From: an uncultured Planctomycetia bacterium
Lineage (GTDB): Bacteria > Omnitrophota > Gorgyraeia > Duberdicusellales > 4484-171
Length of the DNA: 64,000 nucleotides
Reading direction: 5' to 3'
Assembly (NCBI GenBank): GCA_964629655.1
Contig: CAZVQU010000001.1
Span: 20,788-84,787, forward strand
The translations under genes and the position numbers were made by a program. Every line of letters begins with the position of its first letter. Position 1 is the first letter of the stretch. Below are positions 1 to 10,948 of this stretch, one piece after another. The notes under the pieces are model-generated. The model searched no databases. It was not told the DNA's origin and saw only the letters and a list, made by a program, of their open reading frames with translations.

Positions 1-851
1 GGCAACCCTTCCCACAAAGAACTGATAACCAAAACAGATATCTGTGAAAAAATATCGGACAGATTACCAACCCAGCCGTCTAAAGTAACATACCTTGTTA
101 ATTTACGCTTGGTTATCTCTCGACTAACAGTTCTGCGCAAAGGACCGTCCCCTACGATGGAAAACTTTATATCCGTTCGTTTATTTGAAATCAGGCTTGT
201 CGCCTCCAAAAAATAAATTAAACCTTTCTGGAGCTTTAAACAAGACACGTTGGCTATTAAATTACCGGCAGGACGATTAAATCTTCTTTTAGAAAAAATA
301 ACATCAGCCCATGCCATATCTATTCCGTAGTGTATTATAGCAAATTTATCAGGTAAGGCTACTTTATTCTTAACTCCTCTATTTAAATCTGCATGAGAAA
401 CAACAATTATTTTTTTTGTAATCTTTGCCGTCAGTTTCTCCAAAAATAAATATATTAGGTACAATAAAGGATTTAGAAATCGGTGGAAAGGCCAGCCGTG
501 AACCGTATAGACTATATTCTTAACGCCGCAAAAATAAGCTGCCCACCTCCCTAAAAAAGAGGCTTTGGGTGAATGAGTATGGACAATATCGAATTTATTA
601 CCTTTAATATAATCTACTAACCTAATAAAGGCAATAACATCACAAAGAGGGTTTATGTTACGCACCAATTCCGGAATCAATTTTATATTCAGAAAAGAAA
701 GATCATTAAAATCTTTCTTGAGGTAACCGTAATCCCCGACACAGATGGATACCGAGTATTCCTCAGGATTAAGTTTCTTTATCAAAGAAAGCAACTGCTT
801 CTGGGCTCCTCCTAATTCCAAATGAGTGATTATGCAAAGAACCTTCTTCAT
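1..851 (-). CDS. Glycosyltransferase family 4 (GT-B fold), partial; C-terminus lies beyond the window edge. Start ATG at 849-851 overlaps the stop of the upstream gene by 1 nt.
   Basis: Manual translation of the minus strand from 851 gives MKKVLCIITHLELGGAQKQLLSLIKKLNPEEY... with an open frame to position 1, ending ...SSLWEGLP, an EX7E-like GT4 motif. Absent from the ORF track because no stop falls inside the window. Confidence 0.6.
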   Translation of the reverse strand, partial: MKKVLCIITHLELGGAQKQLLSLIKKLNPEEYSVSICVGDYGYLKKDFNDLSFLNIKLIPELVRNINPLCDVIAFIRLVDYIKGNKFDIVHTHSPKASFLGRWAAYFCGVKNIVYTVHGWPFHRFLNPLLYLIYLFLEKLTAKITKKIIVVSHADLNRGVKNKVALPDKFAIIHYGIDMAWADVIFSKRRFNRPAGNLIANVSCLKLQKGLIYFLEATSLISNKRTDIKFSIVGDGPLRRTVSREITKRKLTRYVTLDGWVGNLSDIFSQISVLVISSLWEGL

Positions 852-1966
852 TATCTGGCTATATCGGCAATCTTATCTTTATAAGTCTTAAAGCAGAGGG
901 CGTCTGGAACATAAAGCTTATCTGCGCCGCTGAATCTTTCGCTTCCTAGCCTGGAAAGTGCTTCCAGCACTCCCTCAACCGTCAAATCCTCTCCCAAACC
1001 GAACATCTCGTAAACTTCCCTTAATCCGCCACTCTTAGGATAAAAAGTCTTCTTACCAAAAGCAAGCGCTTCGGCTACAGCTATGCCAAAAGGCTCCTCT
1101 CTTAAAAAAGGAAATACACAAATATCACTCATAGACAGTATTCTGTCGATGTCGTCACGATAACCCAGGAAAAAAACATTATTAAGCCTGTTTTCCTTGA
1201 TAACCCTTTCCATCTTTCTCTTATACAAAATGCTTTTAGGGCTTAAGCAAGATATGTCTCCGACGATAATCAAAAATAAATCAGGATAAATTTTCAGTAT
1301 GTCTTTGATTTTCTCTATAAACTCATACTGACCTTTTAAGGGATGGATACGGGATATAATCGTAATTATCTTTGCCGAAGGCGACAACTTAAATTCTTTT
1401 CTCACCGACTGACAGTTATATATTTTAAAATTTTTAGTATCTAGAGGTTCATAAATTATATTTGATTTACCTTTCAAATAAAGTTTGTCAGCTATTGCCT
1501 CGGACTGGCAAATGACAGTTGCTGAAAAAAACTTAACAAAAATACCGCAAATCTTATTCAGAATGCCTGACCGAAAAAATTCCCGCACATACCAAATATG
1601 TTTTTTGTTGGTAATTCTTGCCACAGCTCCCGGAAAAGACAAGAGCAAACTATTGGTACAAATTATGTCTATTTTTTTAAAAATAACATAGAAACTAAAA
1701 TAAATAACGTTCACGATAGATAGCAGCGCTGTTTTAATCCAATAAACAGGCGACCAATAGGCAGCCAAAACCGGTAAAGGGAATATTTTTATATCTATAT
1801 CTCGGTTAATGACTTTAAGTTTTTCCTTTAAAAGTCCGGCATTGGGTAAAACAACGGTAATCTCGTAATTGCCACCCAAGGCCTTGATGAAATTGAGTAA
1901 GCCTCTTTCGGCACCATACACGAAAGACGTCCCGTTAAAAATAATGATTTTTTTCATTAGCCTCAT
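851..1966 (-). CDS. Glycosyltransferase family 1/GT4
   Basis: 371 aa; the C-terminal REEPFGIAVAEALAFGKKTF region is typical of GT-B family 1 glycosyltransferases. Confidence 0.7.
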   Translation of the reverse strand: MRLMKKIIIFNGTSFVYGAERGLLNFIKALGGNYEITVVLPNAGLLKEKLKVINRDIDIKIFPLPVLAAYWSPVYWIKTALLSIVNVIYFSFYVIFKKIDIICTNSLLLSFPGAVARITNKKHIWYVREFFRSGILNKICGIFVKFFSATVICQSEAIADKLYLKGKSNIIYEPLDTKNFKIYNCQSVRKEFKLSPSAKIITIISRIHPLKGQYEFIEKIKDILKIYPDLFLIIVGDISCLSPKSILYKRKMERVIKENRLNNVFFLGYRDDIDRILSMSDICVFPFLREEPFGIAVAEALAFGKKTFYPKSGGLREVYEMFGLGEDLTVEGVLEALSRLGSERFSGADKLYVPDALCFKTYKDKIADIAR

Positions 1967-3629
1967 CTTTCTGATTGCCTATGCCTAAGTAAGGATATTT
2001 CGTAAATAAAATCAAAATCCCGCCCTCGAAATATTTACGCCTACTTTCCTTGAAACCAACCCCCACTAGTCCATCAATGACTCCCTGACCGACTTGAGAA
2101 TAAATTAACCACAATCGCCTATTTTTTTCTAAATCTTTAATACCTTTAAACTCTGTGGGCAAAAAGGTAGATGGGTATAATCTTTCGTAGTCAAGTGTAT
2201 ACAAAGTCGAATCTTCGGCGGTAAAAATAACTGTGCCTCGATTAATCTCCTTAATCAAATCGGGATTATCGCTTACCTGATTTATGTAGAATTTTAAAGG
2301 AAATACTGTATGCTTACCTACATGCAAGATTCTATCGTTCTGGCGATAACCATCCGAAATAGCTTTAACGGTCTCTTTCACATTTTGCTTCTTCACTACT
2401 CCGATCCTGCTGTTATCTTCGGGCAAATGATTCAAATAATAATTTTTCAAGCCAAAACAATAAAAGCCTACTAAGATAAACATAAAAATAAACAAAAGTT
2501 TCTTGCTTAATCTTCCCAAGCCTGCCGCAATACCTAATAAGTATAATGGGAATATAGAAAAAAGGTATCTGTCTACATAAGAAGGCTGAATCTGCGATAT
2601 AAGAAATAGACTCATGATCGGAACGAACAGACAAGTCAAAAGCAATCTTCCGCCCATCCTTTTATAAAATTTAGAAACGCCAAGTGAAAACAGGAGAAAA
2701 CTAACGGCAGAAATCACCCTTCCTCCAAATGAGTAATAACTTATATTATAACCAATACTAAAGTTTTTAAATGTGTCCAATAGATGCCCCAAATTTGGTT
2801 TTCCTGCCCAGATAGGAAACTCACTCATTGCAGGATAAATTTTATTGTGGAAAACGAACTGTATATTGGGATAAAGGATTAAGAAGACAGGTGTGAGCAA
2901 AAATATAATGGTTGTATAAGCTAAGATAAACGGTTTTAGAGAACGTTTATAATTTTTTATATTAAAAACGAAGAAAAAACAAAAGGAAAATAATACCAAC
3001 AAACTCATATAGTGAAAATATATGTTTAGAATATTAGAGAAAATATAAATGAACCAATACCTCTTTTTGCCGGTATCTAACGCCTTAAGAAACGAATATA
3101 CAGCAAACATTGTAAGAAAGCATACAGCCGCATACGGCCGTAATTCCTGAGCATAATAGATATGGAAAGGTGAGATAGCTAGTAATAATACGGCCAATCC
3201 GGCAGTTTTAATATTAAAAATATATCTCCCTAACAGATACACACCGTAAATACTTAAGAGAGAGAATATAACTGAAGATATCCTTAAAGCGAACTCCGAT
3301 ACGCCAAATAACATTTTCCAATAATACACAAAGCCATGAGTATAAAGCATTAAATAATCATGATGAGTAAGCAAAAAATTGCCATCGAATAAGTTAGACA
3401 AAGGAAACAGCTGGCCCACACTTCGTGCATCGAGCATAGCGATTGCTTCATCATACCAAAAGCTATATCTACCAAGGTTATAGATCCTAAGAATCACAAC
3501 TGTCACTAAAATTAACCCTAAAATAATTATGTACCTTGAGTTAGAACAATTCTTCATGTCAAAATAATATTTTAATCTTTGTCTTATTGTCATTATAAAG
3601 TTAAAAAGTAATTTTAATTTTGTGTACAA
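1935..3629 (-). CDS. Polytopic membrane glycosyltransferase, GT-C fold (ArnT/PMT-like)
   Basis: 564 aa with more than 10 predicted TM helices in the N-terminal two-thirds, a YDEAIAMLDAR first-loop motif resembling ArnT/PMT_2 DE motifs, and a soluble C-terminal domain. Confidence 0.5.
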   Translation of the reverse strand: MYTKLKLLFNFIMTIRQRLKYYFDMKNCSNSRYIIILGLILVTVVILRIYNLGRYSFWYDEAIAMLDARSVGQLFPLSNLFDGNFLLTHHDYLMLYTHGFVYYWKMLFGVSEFALRISSVIFSLLSIYGVYLLGRYIFNIKTAGLAVLLLAISPFHIYYAQELRPYAAVCFLTMFAVYSFLKALDTGKKRYWFIYIFSNILNIYFHYMSLLVLFSFCFFFVFNIKNYKRSLKPFILAYTTIIFLLTPVFLILYPNIQFVFHNKIYPAMSEFPIWAGKPNLGHLLDTFKNFSIGYNISYYSFGGRVISAVSFLLFSLGVSKFYKRMGGRLLLTCLFVPIMSLFLISQIQPSYVDRYLFSIFPLYLLGIAAGLGRLSKKLLFIFMFILVGFYCFGLKNYYLNHLPEDNSRIGVVKKQNVKETVKAISDGYRQNDRILHVGKHTVFPLKFYINQVSDNPDLIKEINRGTVIFTAEDSTLYTLDYERLYPSTFLPTEFKGIKDLEKNRRLWLIYSQVGQGVIDGLVGVGFKESRRKYFEGGILILFTKYPYLGIGNQKDEANEKNHYF

Positions 3630-3703
3630 TCAAACAAGTAAAGCATCTAAGCTCCCACTACGAATCGCCAATATGAAAAGAAAGAAATATCCTAGTCAAA
3701 ATG

Positions 3704-5440
3704 CTAAGAAAGGTTTTGCATCTTGCGTTTCTTCAACCTCACATATATAGTAACTACTAGGAAACATATGAGGATAACCGCACCAATGATAAAGGAACCC
3801 GGTAAATAATAAACCGTAACATCGTGGTCTTTTTTACTGACCGGAATACCTATAAGACCGTCATGATTGATAACTTTTCCAATCGAAGAGCGCCAGCCAG
3901 AAAAATAATTCTGGTTTATTATCAAGATGTCGTCTTGGTACACATTTAAATTGAATTTAAGCTTGTTGGGAGAGAAAAATAATTGCCGGGCTTCTCCAGA
4001 ATTACCTTCTAAAAAGTATTCACCTCTATAGTCTTTGCGTCCTTTCGGAATTACCTTTGTTTGAATTTGGTTGCTGAAAGAATCATACGCATACACAACT
4101 GCCTTATTATTATATATGGTTGCAAACATCTTCTTAGCATCCCCGTCTGTCTGAAAGAATTCCTTCGTTTGATTGCCAAATTTATATTCTATAATTGGTC
4201 TCTCTTTAAATATTTTACCAGCACAATTAAAAGCATTAAAAGAAATTAAAAAAAGTATGACAAAAATTACAAATTTCGATATTTTTTTATGCACGGTTCT
4301 CGCTTCAAGCTCCTTTAGTGTTAACCCTACAGATAATGCATATATCGAAAGTAAAAGTATAAAAAATTTATGTGGCTCCTTAAATTGAGGAAGGAAATAA
4401 CGTAATATTCTAAAGATATTGAAGGGACTGTTGTCTCCTAAAGCCAAAAAAAGAAAAATAACGCTTATTATTACCAATATCTTATTCTTCTTCCATAGCA
4501 AAAAATGGCTCAAAATCAATATTAAAATTGCAATAAGTGAAAAATTGTATCCGAAAATGCCTGCTTTTTCTGATGTAAGAAATAAATACATATTGTCTCC
4601 AGAAAAGAAAAAATATTTTAATACCAGCAGGCCAGACTTAATATTATCGATATTAAAAAATCCTGAAAAAGAAGCTAATTCTATATGACGCGGATATTGA
4701 CTTAACAATTCTATCATCGGTAAGAGCTTTGGAATTGCAAAAAGTATTGCGAGGAAAAATGCGCCTAACAAAGATAAAATGTATCCTGGTTTCTTTTTGG
4801 CAAATGAAAAATAAATTGTTTCTATAGATAAAACCATAAAACTCATAACAAAAAGATATGTACTTCCGGCATAAATGGTCCAGCTTAAAATAATTGCCAA
4901 AAGAAAAAGATTTCCCTTTCGTTCTATGCTCTTTTTAAAAAGTCGGTATATCCAGGGAAATAAACAAATACTTAGAAGTGGAAAGCTGCCCACAAAAGTA
5001 ACTATATTAAAAATATTCAGAAAAAAGACTGAATTTAATAAACTTAATATACGGCTCAGCCGGTAGTACCGTGATAAAAAATACATTCCTGTTAAGCCTG
5101 CAAATACTTGCAAGAAATAAGCACACACGGTTCCTGAAATACTGCCCAAAATCAAAATCGGCAGAAAGAAAGGACTTAAAAAATTGGAATTAGGGTGGGC
5201 TAGCCAGGGTTCTCCGCCGCAGACATACGGATTCCAAAGAGGAAACTGCTGATACTCTAGGATAGTCTTTCTCTGTAACTCATGGTAGGTAAAATACTTA
5301 TCCCAGTCACATCTGTCGACTGGCTGAAATCCAGAGAAAACAACTATCCACCAAAGCAGAACAATAGCAAAAATAAGAAAAATAAAAAATAGATCTTTTT
5401 TAGAAAAAATTGTTGTAGCCCTCATATGTCGCATTGTCAT
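3704..5440 (-). CDS. Polytopic integral membrane protein of unknown function (possibly GT-C/YfhO-like)
   Basis: 578 aa with many hydrophobic helices, then a C-terminal soluble segment and a final TM helix; no recognisable catalytic motif. Confidence 0.4.
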   Translation of the reverse strand: MTMRHMRATTIFSKKDLFFIFLIFAIVLLWWIVVFSGFQPVDRCDWDKYFTYHELQRKTILEYQQFPLWNPYVCGGEPWLAHPNSNFLSPFFLPILILGSISGTVCAYFLQVFAGLTGMYFLSRYYRLSRILSLLNSVFFLNIFNIVTFVGSFPLLSICLFPWIYRLFKKSIERKGNLFLLAIILSWTIYAGSTYLFVMSFMVLSIETIYFSFAKKKPGYILSLLGAFFLAILFAIPKLLPMIELLSQYPRHIELASFSGFFNIDNIKSGLLVLKYFFFSGDNMYLFLTSEKAGIFGYNFSLIAILILILSHFLLWKKNKILVIISVIFLFLALGDNSPFNIFRILRYFLPQFKEPHKFFILLLSIYALSVGLTLKELEARTVHKKISKFVIFVILFLISFNAFNCAGKIFKERPIIEYKFGNQTKEFFQTDGDAKKMFATIYNNKAVVYAYDSFSNQIQTKVIPKGRKDYRGEYFLEGNSGEARQLFFSPNKLKFNLNVYQDDILIINQNYFSGWRSSIGKVINHDGLIGIPVSKKDHDVTVYYLPGSFIIGAVILICFLVVTIYVRLKKRKMQNLS

Positions 5441-5496
5441 GTTTTCTACAGGCTATACTGGTGCCCACAACTATACTGTTATGTCCGGTAATCTGC

Positions 5497-6636
5497 TTAC
5501 CGGGTATCGGACAAAAATTCTTTTTTAAAAACCCTGTACATCTCCTTAGCAACCACTTCATTCCCTTTCTCAAATAAATGGCAGAAATCAAGATAACATC
5601 TGTTAAAAGTATTGTCCAATATGCTTGAAGTATTGAAAAAATTTGTCAACGGCTTTCCTGCTAAGATTCCATTAACAATTGCATATAATCGACCTAATTG
5701 ATCTCCTTTACGTTTTTGATATATTTTAGTTTCTTCATTTGTTAGATTTTTTTTACTAAATAAAACTGGTTGCCAAAAACATATGTATTTAAAGCCATAT
5801 GCAATAGATAGACGATCCAAAAGGTCCTTTGACTTTACATAATATTCAATAATTCCATCCGCAAGCGAATGTAATTCTCTATTGCTATATCTTTGCCGCC
5901 GCGGTAAATAGGTAGATATTTTTTCTTTGCAGATTTTATAAATCATGCTATGTCTCTTAATTAAGTCTGCTAAATCACTCCCAAAGAAGTAAATATCCAT
6001 TAAAATATCGTTTTGCTTTATTCTTTCTAGTTTTCTTCTAATACCATGAAACGTTCCTCCCGGGATTGCAGACTGATAAGCTCCGTCAACATCGTTGGCG
6101 CCGTCATAAAAAATTACATAGTCTGGCCTATGCCCTTCTCTTAAAAGAATTATCAGATTAATAACCTCTCGTGTAAATGTATGTCCACCCTCTCCATAAT
6201 TGTAAACCAGATAATTATATTCATTATTATTGAGTAGTTTAGAAAAGTAAGACGGTATTGTGTAATCATCTCCTGCTCCTTCACCCCACAAAGACGAGCC
6301 ACCAAATATATATATTGTTTCAGCAAATCTCTTAGGGGCACCGGCTGGAAGCCAGGTTTTTCTAATTCCTTGAGAATTAATATTTACATATTTACCAACC
6401 TGCTCTTCTCTGCGCCAGCTCAGGTACTGGAGGGTATCCAATAGATTCCAGTCTATACCCGTAGATCCTTTACGATCTTCTTTTGATAGACTGGTCATAT
6501 ATTCGCTGTATTTACTTTTTTCTTTTTTTTGGACGCCTGAAATTACAAAATGTGCTATATGCAAGCAAGCCTCTACGGTAACAATAACAAGCACCGCAAC
6601 AATAAAACCAAAAAGTAGTCGTTTTCTTTTTTTCAC
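5497..6636 (-). CDS. Membrane-anchored SGNH/GDSL-family hydrolase (esterase/acyltransferase-like)
   Basis: 379 aa with an N-terminal TM helix, IFGGSSLWGEG (block I Ser), GANDVDG (block III) and DFCHL (block V DxxH). Confidence 0.5.
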   Translation of the reverse strand: MKKRKRLLFGFIVAVLVIVTVEACLHIAHFVISGVQKKEKSKYSEYMTSLSKEDRKGSTGIDWNLLDTLQYLSWRREEQVGKYVNINSQGIRKTWLPAGAPKRFAETIYIFGGSSLWGEGAGDDYTIPSYFSKLLNNNEYNYLVYNYGEGGHTFTREVINLIILLREGHRPDYVIFYDGANDVDGAYQSAIPGGTFHGIRRKLERIKQNDILMDIYFFGSDLADLIKRHSMIYKICKEKISTYLPRRQRYSNRELHSLADGIIEYYVKSKDLLDRLSIAYGFKYICFWQPVLFSKKNLTNEETKIYQKRKGDQLGRLYAIVNGILAGKPLTNFFNTSSILDNTFNRCYLDFCHLFEKGNEVVAKEMYRVFKKEFLSDTR

Positions 6637-6688
6637 CGGATAAATTTATTAAGATTGTTTTTTGTAGTTAGCCATCCTGGCTACATTT

Positions 6689-7990
6689 TCAACAATCAAT
6701 TAGCAATAAATTGCTCAATCGATTACATATTTTATTAAAAATTACCTGCCTGTGGATATAATTTTGAATTTTAATTAAAAGCTTGGCTAAGGCCGGGTGC
6801 CTTCTGGATTTATTATGTAAGAATATAGCCATTTTGAATAGAAAACTTCTTTTCTTTTTTCTGCTAACGCTAAAGTAATAATCAAAATCATTTTTAAGCT
6901 TTTGTTGGTCGTTATGCGGCATGGGGACCTTTATTATTAACTTATAGTCTGGTTTCAAATATACATTTTCTATAATATTGGGTAACTTTTTTAGGAAATT
7001 CTTTTCGTTCGGTCTTATTTCTCTGTTAACTAATAAATGGACTTGCATGTTAGGTAGCTCCTTGGTCTTTTCTAAAAGAGTCATCAAAATAGAAATGGGA
7101 ATATTAATTTTAGCCGCTCCTTTCAGATGATATATGGGAAGGAAGATGCGAACTTTGCGAAAACTTTTCGATAAGTCGTAATATGCTGAGAAGTCGTCAT
7201 AAAAATTGAAAAATTGGTAAGATAAATTTAGATCATAATAGTGACTGAAGACCTTCTTTAGATTGCCGCTACTGTAAATATTTATGAAGTCAGAAACAAT
7301 AAAAATATTCCTAAATTTATTTTTGCTATATGCCTTAAGGTCGCTAATTAATTTTTCTGGGCTTCGGGAAATTAGCCCTCTTTTACATAGCGCTTCCTGC
7401 AATTTTGTATTGCCATAGCATCCACTACAATTATTATAACATCCTTTTATGGCCTGAACAAATAAATAACTAAAATTATCACACTTTTGACTTTCTTTTA
7501 AGGAAGGGAACCAATCCAAATTTACATAATTACACTTATCAAAGTCATTTTGGTCTAACTTATAGGTGAAAGGTGTAGAGAAATCTCTTGCTACGATATT
7601 TGGTATTTTTTTACAGTCTAGTCCATTAAGCAAACTACTTACCAGCACTGGAAATGAACGATCTGCATCTCCTTTAATAATATAATCACAATTAAATCTT
7701 TTTATTAATATATCTGCGAATATTGTTGCAACATATCCACCAAGAACAATTTTTGCTTCTGGATTTATCCTTTTGTATTTTTTACATAAATTATACACCT
7801 GATAAAGAGAATAGAACCAATGTAAGTCCATTGCAATGATTTTCGTATTCTCTATGTCTTTTTTCTTAACTTCAAAATAAAACATCCCCTTCTTCTTACA
7901 ATTTAGGCTATTGATTAGAGAAATGCTACCTGTTGGGACAGTTAAATGACTAGGTATTCCTGTGAAAGGGTGGCTATAAAGTACATCCAT
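6689..7990 (-). CDS. B12-binding radical SAM protein (class B rSAM)
   Basis: 433 aa; CYNNCSGC fits CxxxCxxC and is preceded by a Rossmann-like B12-binding segment (KIVLGGYVATIFADIL...IIKGDAD). Confidence 0.6.
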   Translation of the reverse strand: MDVLYSHPFTGIPSHLTVPTGSISLINSLNCKKKGMFYFEVKKKDIENTKIIAMDLHWFYSLYQVYNLCKKYKRINPEAKIVLGGYVATIFADILIKRFNCDYIIKGDADRSFPVLVSSLLNGLDCKKIPNIVARDFSTPFTYKLDQNDFDKCNYVNLDWFPSLKESQKCDNFSYLFVQAIKGCYNNCSGCYGNTKLQEALCKRGLISRSPEKLISDLKAYSKNKFRNIFIVSDFINIYSSGNLKKVFSHYYDLNLSYQFFNFYDDFSAYYDLSKSFRKVRIFLPIYHLKGAAKINIPISILMTLLEKTKELPNMQVHLLVNREIRPNEKNFLKKLPNIIENVYLKPDYKLIIKVPMPHNDQQKLKNDFDYYFSVSRKKKRSFLFKMAIFLHNKSRRHPALAKLLIKIQNYIHRQVIFNKICNRLSNLLLIDC

Positions 7991-8029
7991 AAGTCTTAAT
8001 AATTCGATATCTTTTGTGGACCAAGGCTA

Positions 8030-8761
8030 TCAGAATTCAGCAAAGTCTCCGATGTTTTTTCCTTCAATCATCCCACCTGTAAGTTCTATCTCTGTATAAA
8101 TTTTGCTGACTGCTCCGCCGTATTCTGTAATCTCCTCGTTTTCCTTAACTTTACCTACACCTTGGGCAAGCCAAGTTGTTGTTATCACAACCATTGAAGA
8201 TCCCTTAATCTTGAGGAAAGAAAATATTACTAAACAATCTTCAAACCTTCCAGCAGGAACAGTTACGTCTTCAAACCCTTGAAATTTAATTTCGGCTGTA
8301 GCCATTCCTCTATCGACTATATTACCATCAGTATCGTAAACTACGAATGCTCTTGAGTCTTTAAATCCTTGATTCAATTGCAAATTATCAGGAAAAGCTA
8401 TTGCCGGCTGGGAGAATACGATATCCCCACCGTCTTTCGCAACTTTATGTAAGTAAATCCCCTCTTCTCCCAAGCTGTAATAGAAAATGGGGTTTCTGTC
8501 CCTGTCTCGTGTTTTGTCCATTTCTCTCTCAAGAAGATACACTTCCTTACCGTTAAGCAAATCCTTAGTTCGAATGACACTATGTATAATATGTCCAGAA
8601 GGCTTGCCCCGTCCTGTCTCAGATAGTGTATACCTCCATTCATTGCCGATTCCTATAGGAAAGTATTTTGATATTTCATAAGAATCCTCTGCTTTTAACA
8701 GCGGTTGAATTAGACAAATGGAAATACAAACTGCAAGAATGCTTAAAGCTATTTTTTTCAT
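8030..8761 (-). CDS. Secreted protein of unknown function (beta-domain family A, copy 1)
   Basis: 243 aa with signal peptide MKKIALSILAVCISICLIQPLLKA. Paralogous to 10949..11677 and to the C-terminal domain of 16921..19161 (shared YxISxYFP, PIFYYSL, VTVPAGRFEDCL, WLAQGVGKVK motifs). Confidence 0.5.
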   Translation of the reverse strand: MKKIALSILAVCISICLIQPLLKAEDSYEISKYFPIGIGNEWRYTLSETGRGKPSGHIIHSVIRTKDLLNGKEVYLLEREMDKTRDRDRNPIFYYSLGEEGIYLHKVAKDGGDIVFSQPAIAFPDNLQLNQGFKDSRAFVVYDTDGNIVDRGMATAEIKFQGFEDVTVPAGRFEDCLVIFSFLKIKGSSMVVITTTWLAQGVGKVKENEEITEYGGAVSKIYTEIELTGGMIEGKNIGDFAEF

Positions 8762-8780
8762 CGTCTACCTCCTCGTTTTT

Positions 8781-9257
8781 TCATGCTTGCGCACTTTTCT
8801 TCTTCTGTAATTCATCTATTCCCAACATCCAGGCAAGAAAAAGCATAGTCAGCCCCAAATTCAATACGAAGATGAATGGCGCAGACGTATTGTATTTACT
8901 TATATGTGCCCCTTCCAGCGCTCCAAGCTGAGACAACCGCGGATCACGGGGATTATAAAGAACTAAGGCTCTCTTACCCTCATTTAGCCGGCGGAAATCA
9001 GCATGGCCTAGCTTCTCCTGGATTGTATATTTTTGCCCTCGGGCATCTTTAAATTCATACCGAATGTATCGAGATGTAAAAATAGTGTTCTTCTCTGAAT
9101 CATCAATATCTTTCTCTAAAATTGTTGCAATAGCAATCTTGCTATTCCTTTCGAATTTGCGGTACTCTTTTACATCTTTGTAGTAAGAGAATATTGGCTT
9201 AGCTGCTATAATGATAAAGACTAAACCAACGGCCTGTATGGTAATAAATACCTTCAT
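8781..9257 (-). CDS. Small two-TM membrane protein (DUF3592-like architecture)
   Basis: 158 aa: N-terminal TM, a charged beta-rich middle region, C-terminal TM. Confidence 0.3.
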   Translation of the reverse strand: MKVFITIQAVGLVFIIIAAKPIFSYYKDVKEYRKFERNSKIAIATILEKDIDDSEKNTIFTSRYIRYEFKDARGQKYTIQEKLGHADFRRLNEGKRALVLYNPRDPRLSQLGALEGAHISKYNTSAPFIFVLNLGLTMLFLAWMLGIDELQKKKSAQA

Positions 9258-10930
9258 TGTCCACCTTGGCTAAATAAAAAAACATCAATTTTATTACCCT
9301 GCCAAGTAGACTCTAATTTTAAATTATCCTGTAAAAAATCTCTATACCTATGTAGCGATTCGATATTCAGATGAGGAACGCCAAAATAATCTTCCCAGGG
9401 AATAATTATCCAGAGCCTATTGCGGAATAATTTCCCTTGCGCCACATCCGTAGGCGATACTGCGTCAAAGTACCGTTCTGAATCAAAAATCCCTTTCGCA
9501 TTTACAGTTACAGGGTCATCTATTAACTCGGCTGGAAAGCCGACAAAGTCATTTTCCCTGAAATCTTTCTTGATATAGCGTAAAGCCTCCTTGTAAGCAG
9601 GATTTGTACGACTGAAAGTCATCTCATTTGTAAGATAAATATTCCATATTAATATTAGGAAAAAACAAGTATAACCTATTATTTTCCCAAATAAACTCCG
9701 CGATCTACTTAATAAAAATATGCCATAGCTATACACCATAGCAATAAAAGGAATTGCCCATGTAAAATGCCTGACATTAAAATACAACCTAGATGTTGCA
9801 TACCAAAAACACAGAAAGGAATGTATGCCGAATAACAAAGCTGAAAATAATATACTTACTACGAAGATGTAAAAGGGCGGCTCTCGATCTCGTAATTTAA
9901 GAATAATATAGGAATACAGAAGAACGAACAGATAACCAAATAGACCTGTTAAAGGTAACCCCCAGACCAATTTTATAATCCGGTCAATAATTAAAGGCCC
10001 ACTTTCTTGGCTCAGATAGAAACTATTGCCCCAGACGCCCTGAAATATGAACCCGCTAAAGATTGCCGAATACATAACAGGGCTCCATAGGATAATAAAA
10101 AAATTAAAAATAACTAGAGCTTTTATAAAATGTGAGAATGAAGACAGAAAAGAATGACCTGTACGGTATTTTCCCCACTTAGCTATAAAAATCGTCAACA
10201 ATTGCGAAAAAATAACTACAAGAGTAAAATAGTGAGTAAAAAAGCACAGTATGCTAACCAGACAATATTTCCATATCTTTTTTTCCTCCTGAGAAATAAA
10301 TGTCTGCCAAAAGTAATAGTAGCTTAATAATGCCAAAAAACAAAATAACGCATACGGTTCTGTTCTTCTGGAATAAAATGCAAAAAGGCTATGGACGTTG
10401 AGAAAGATAAAGCTTAGATAGGATATTAATTTATTATTAAATACTTTGAGAGAAAAATGGAAGGTTAAACAAGCGGTGCAAATACCAAAAAAGACAGAGA
10501 TGAACCTTAAAAAGAAATTATAATATTCGGGATTTAGCAGCCTCATCGGGATATTTAATATAAAGAGATATAAGGGTTGGCGGGATTGCACAACCATATT
10601 GTCAAGCAACGAGAAAATATTTACCTGGAGTTCTTGCGCGATACGTATATTCAGGGATTCCATAAGGTCAAAACTATTACTCCCTAAATATATTATCTTC
10701 CAAATTATAAATATAGAAGTTAATACAAAAAGCAACCTGATGTCCCTGCGGGACAATTTGTTACTTTGCTGGCTTACTTTGAGTGGGCAGACTTTGCTTT
10801 TTTTAAATTGTTTATTTGCATAAATGAATATTCCTATATTTGAAATGAATAAAAAAACAAGCAAAATCCAATAATTACAATAGTAGCTTAACGCGTTGCG
10901 TAAACCAAAATAATTTTCAATATCGTTCAT
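9254..10930 (-). CDS. Polytopic membrane protein, GT-C-like
   Basis: 558 aa with more than 10 TM helices and a C-terminal soluble domain of about 130 aa; flanked by the two secreted family-A paralogs. Confidence 0.4.
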   Translation of the reverse strand: MNDIENYFGLRNALSYYCNYWILLVFLFISNIGIFIYANKQFKKSKVCPLKVSQQSNKLSRRDIRLLFVLTSIFIIWKIIYLGSNSFDLMESLNIRIAQELQVNIFSLLDNMVVQSRQPLYLFILNIPMRLLNPEYYNFFLRFISVFFGICTACLTFHFSLKVFNNKLISYLSFIFLNVHSLFAFYSRRTEPYALFCFLALLSYYYFWQTFISQEEKKIWKYCLVSILCFFTHYFTLVVIFSQLLTIFIAKWGKYRTGHSFLSSFSHFIKALVIFNFFIILWSPVMYSAIFSGFIFQGVWGNSFYLSQESGPLIIDRIIKLVWGLPLTGLFGYLFVLLYSYIILKLRDREPPFYIFVVSILFSALLFGIHSFLCFWYATSRLYFNVRHFTWAIPFIAMVYSYGIFLLSRSRSLFGKIIGYTCFFLILIWNIYLTNEMTFSRTNPAYKEALRYIKKDFRENDFVGFPAELIDDPVTVNAKGIFDSERYFDAVSPTDVAQGKLFRNRLWIIIPWEDYFGVPHLNIESLHRYRDFLQDNLKLESTWQGNKIDVFLFSQGGQ

Positions 10931-10948
10931 AGCGATATAAAATTATAA

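Noticed and set aside
1485-1691. Plus-strand ORFs of 60-150 aa scattered through 1-58 kb (for example 1485..1691, 4061..4249, 25641..26096, 42456..42902, 53038..53502) and minus-strand ORFs inside the Na/Pi gene (59085..59453, 59532..59837)
   Set aside because: Each lies fully antisense inside a much longer, well-supported CDS. Their products are low-complexity and typical of AT-rich antisense frames. None has a recognisable motif.
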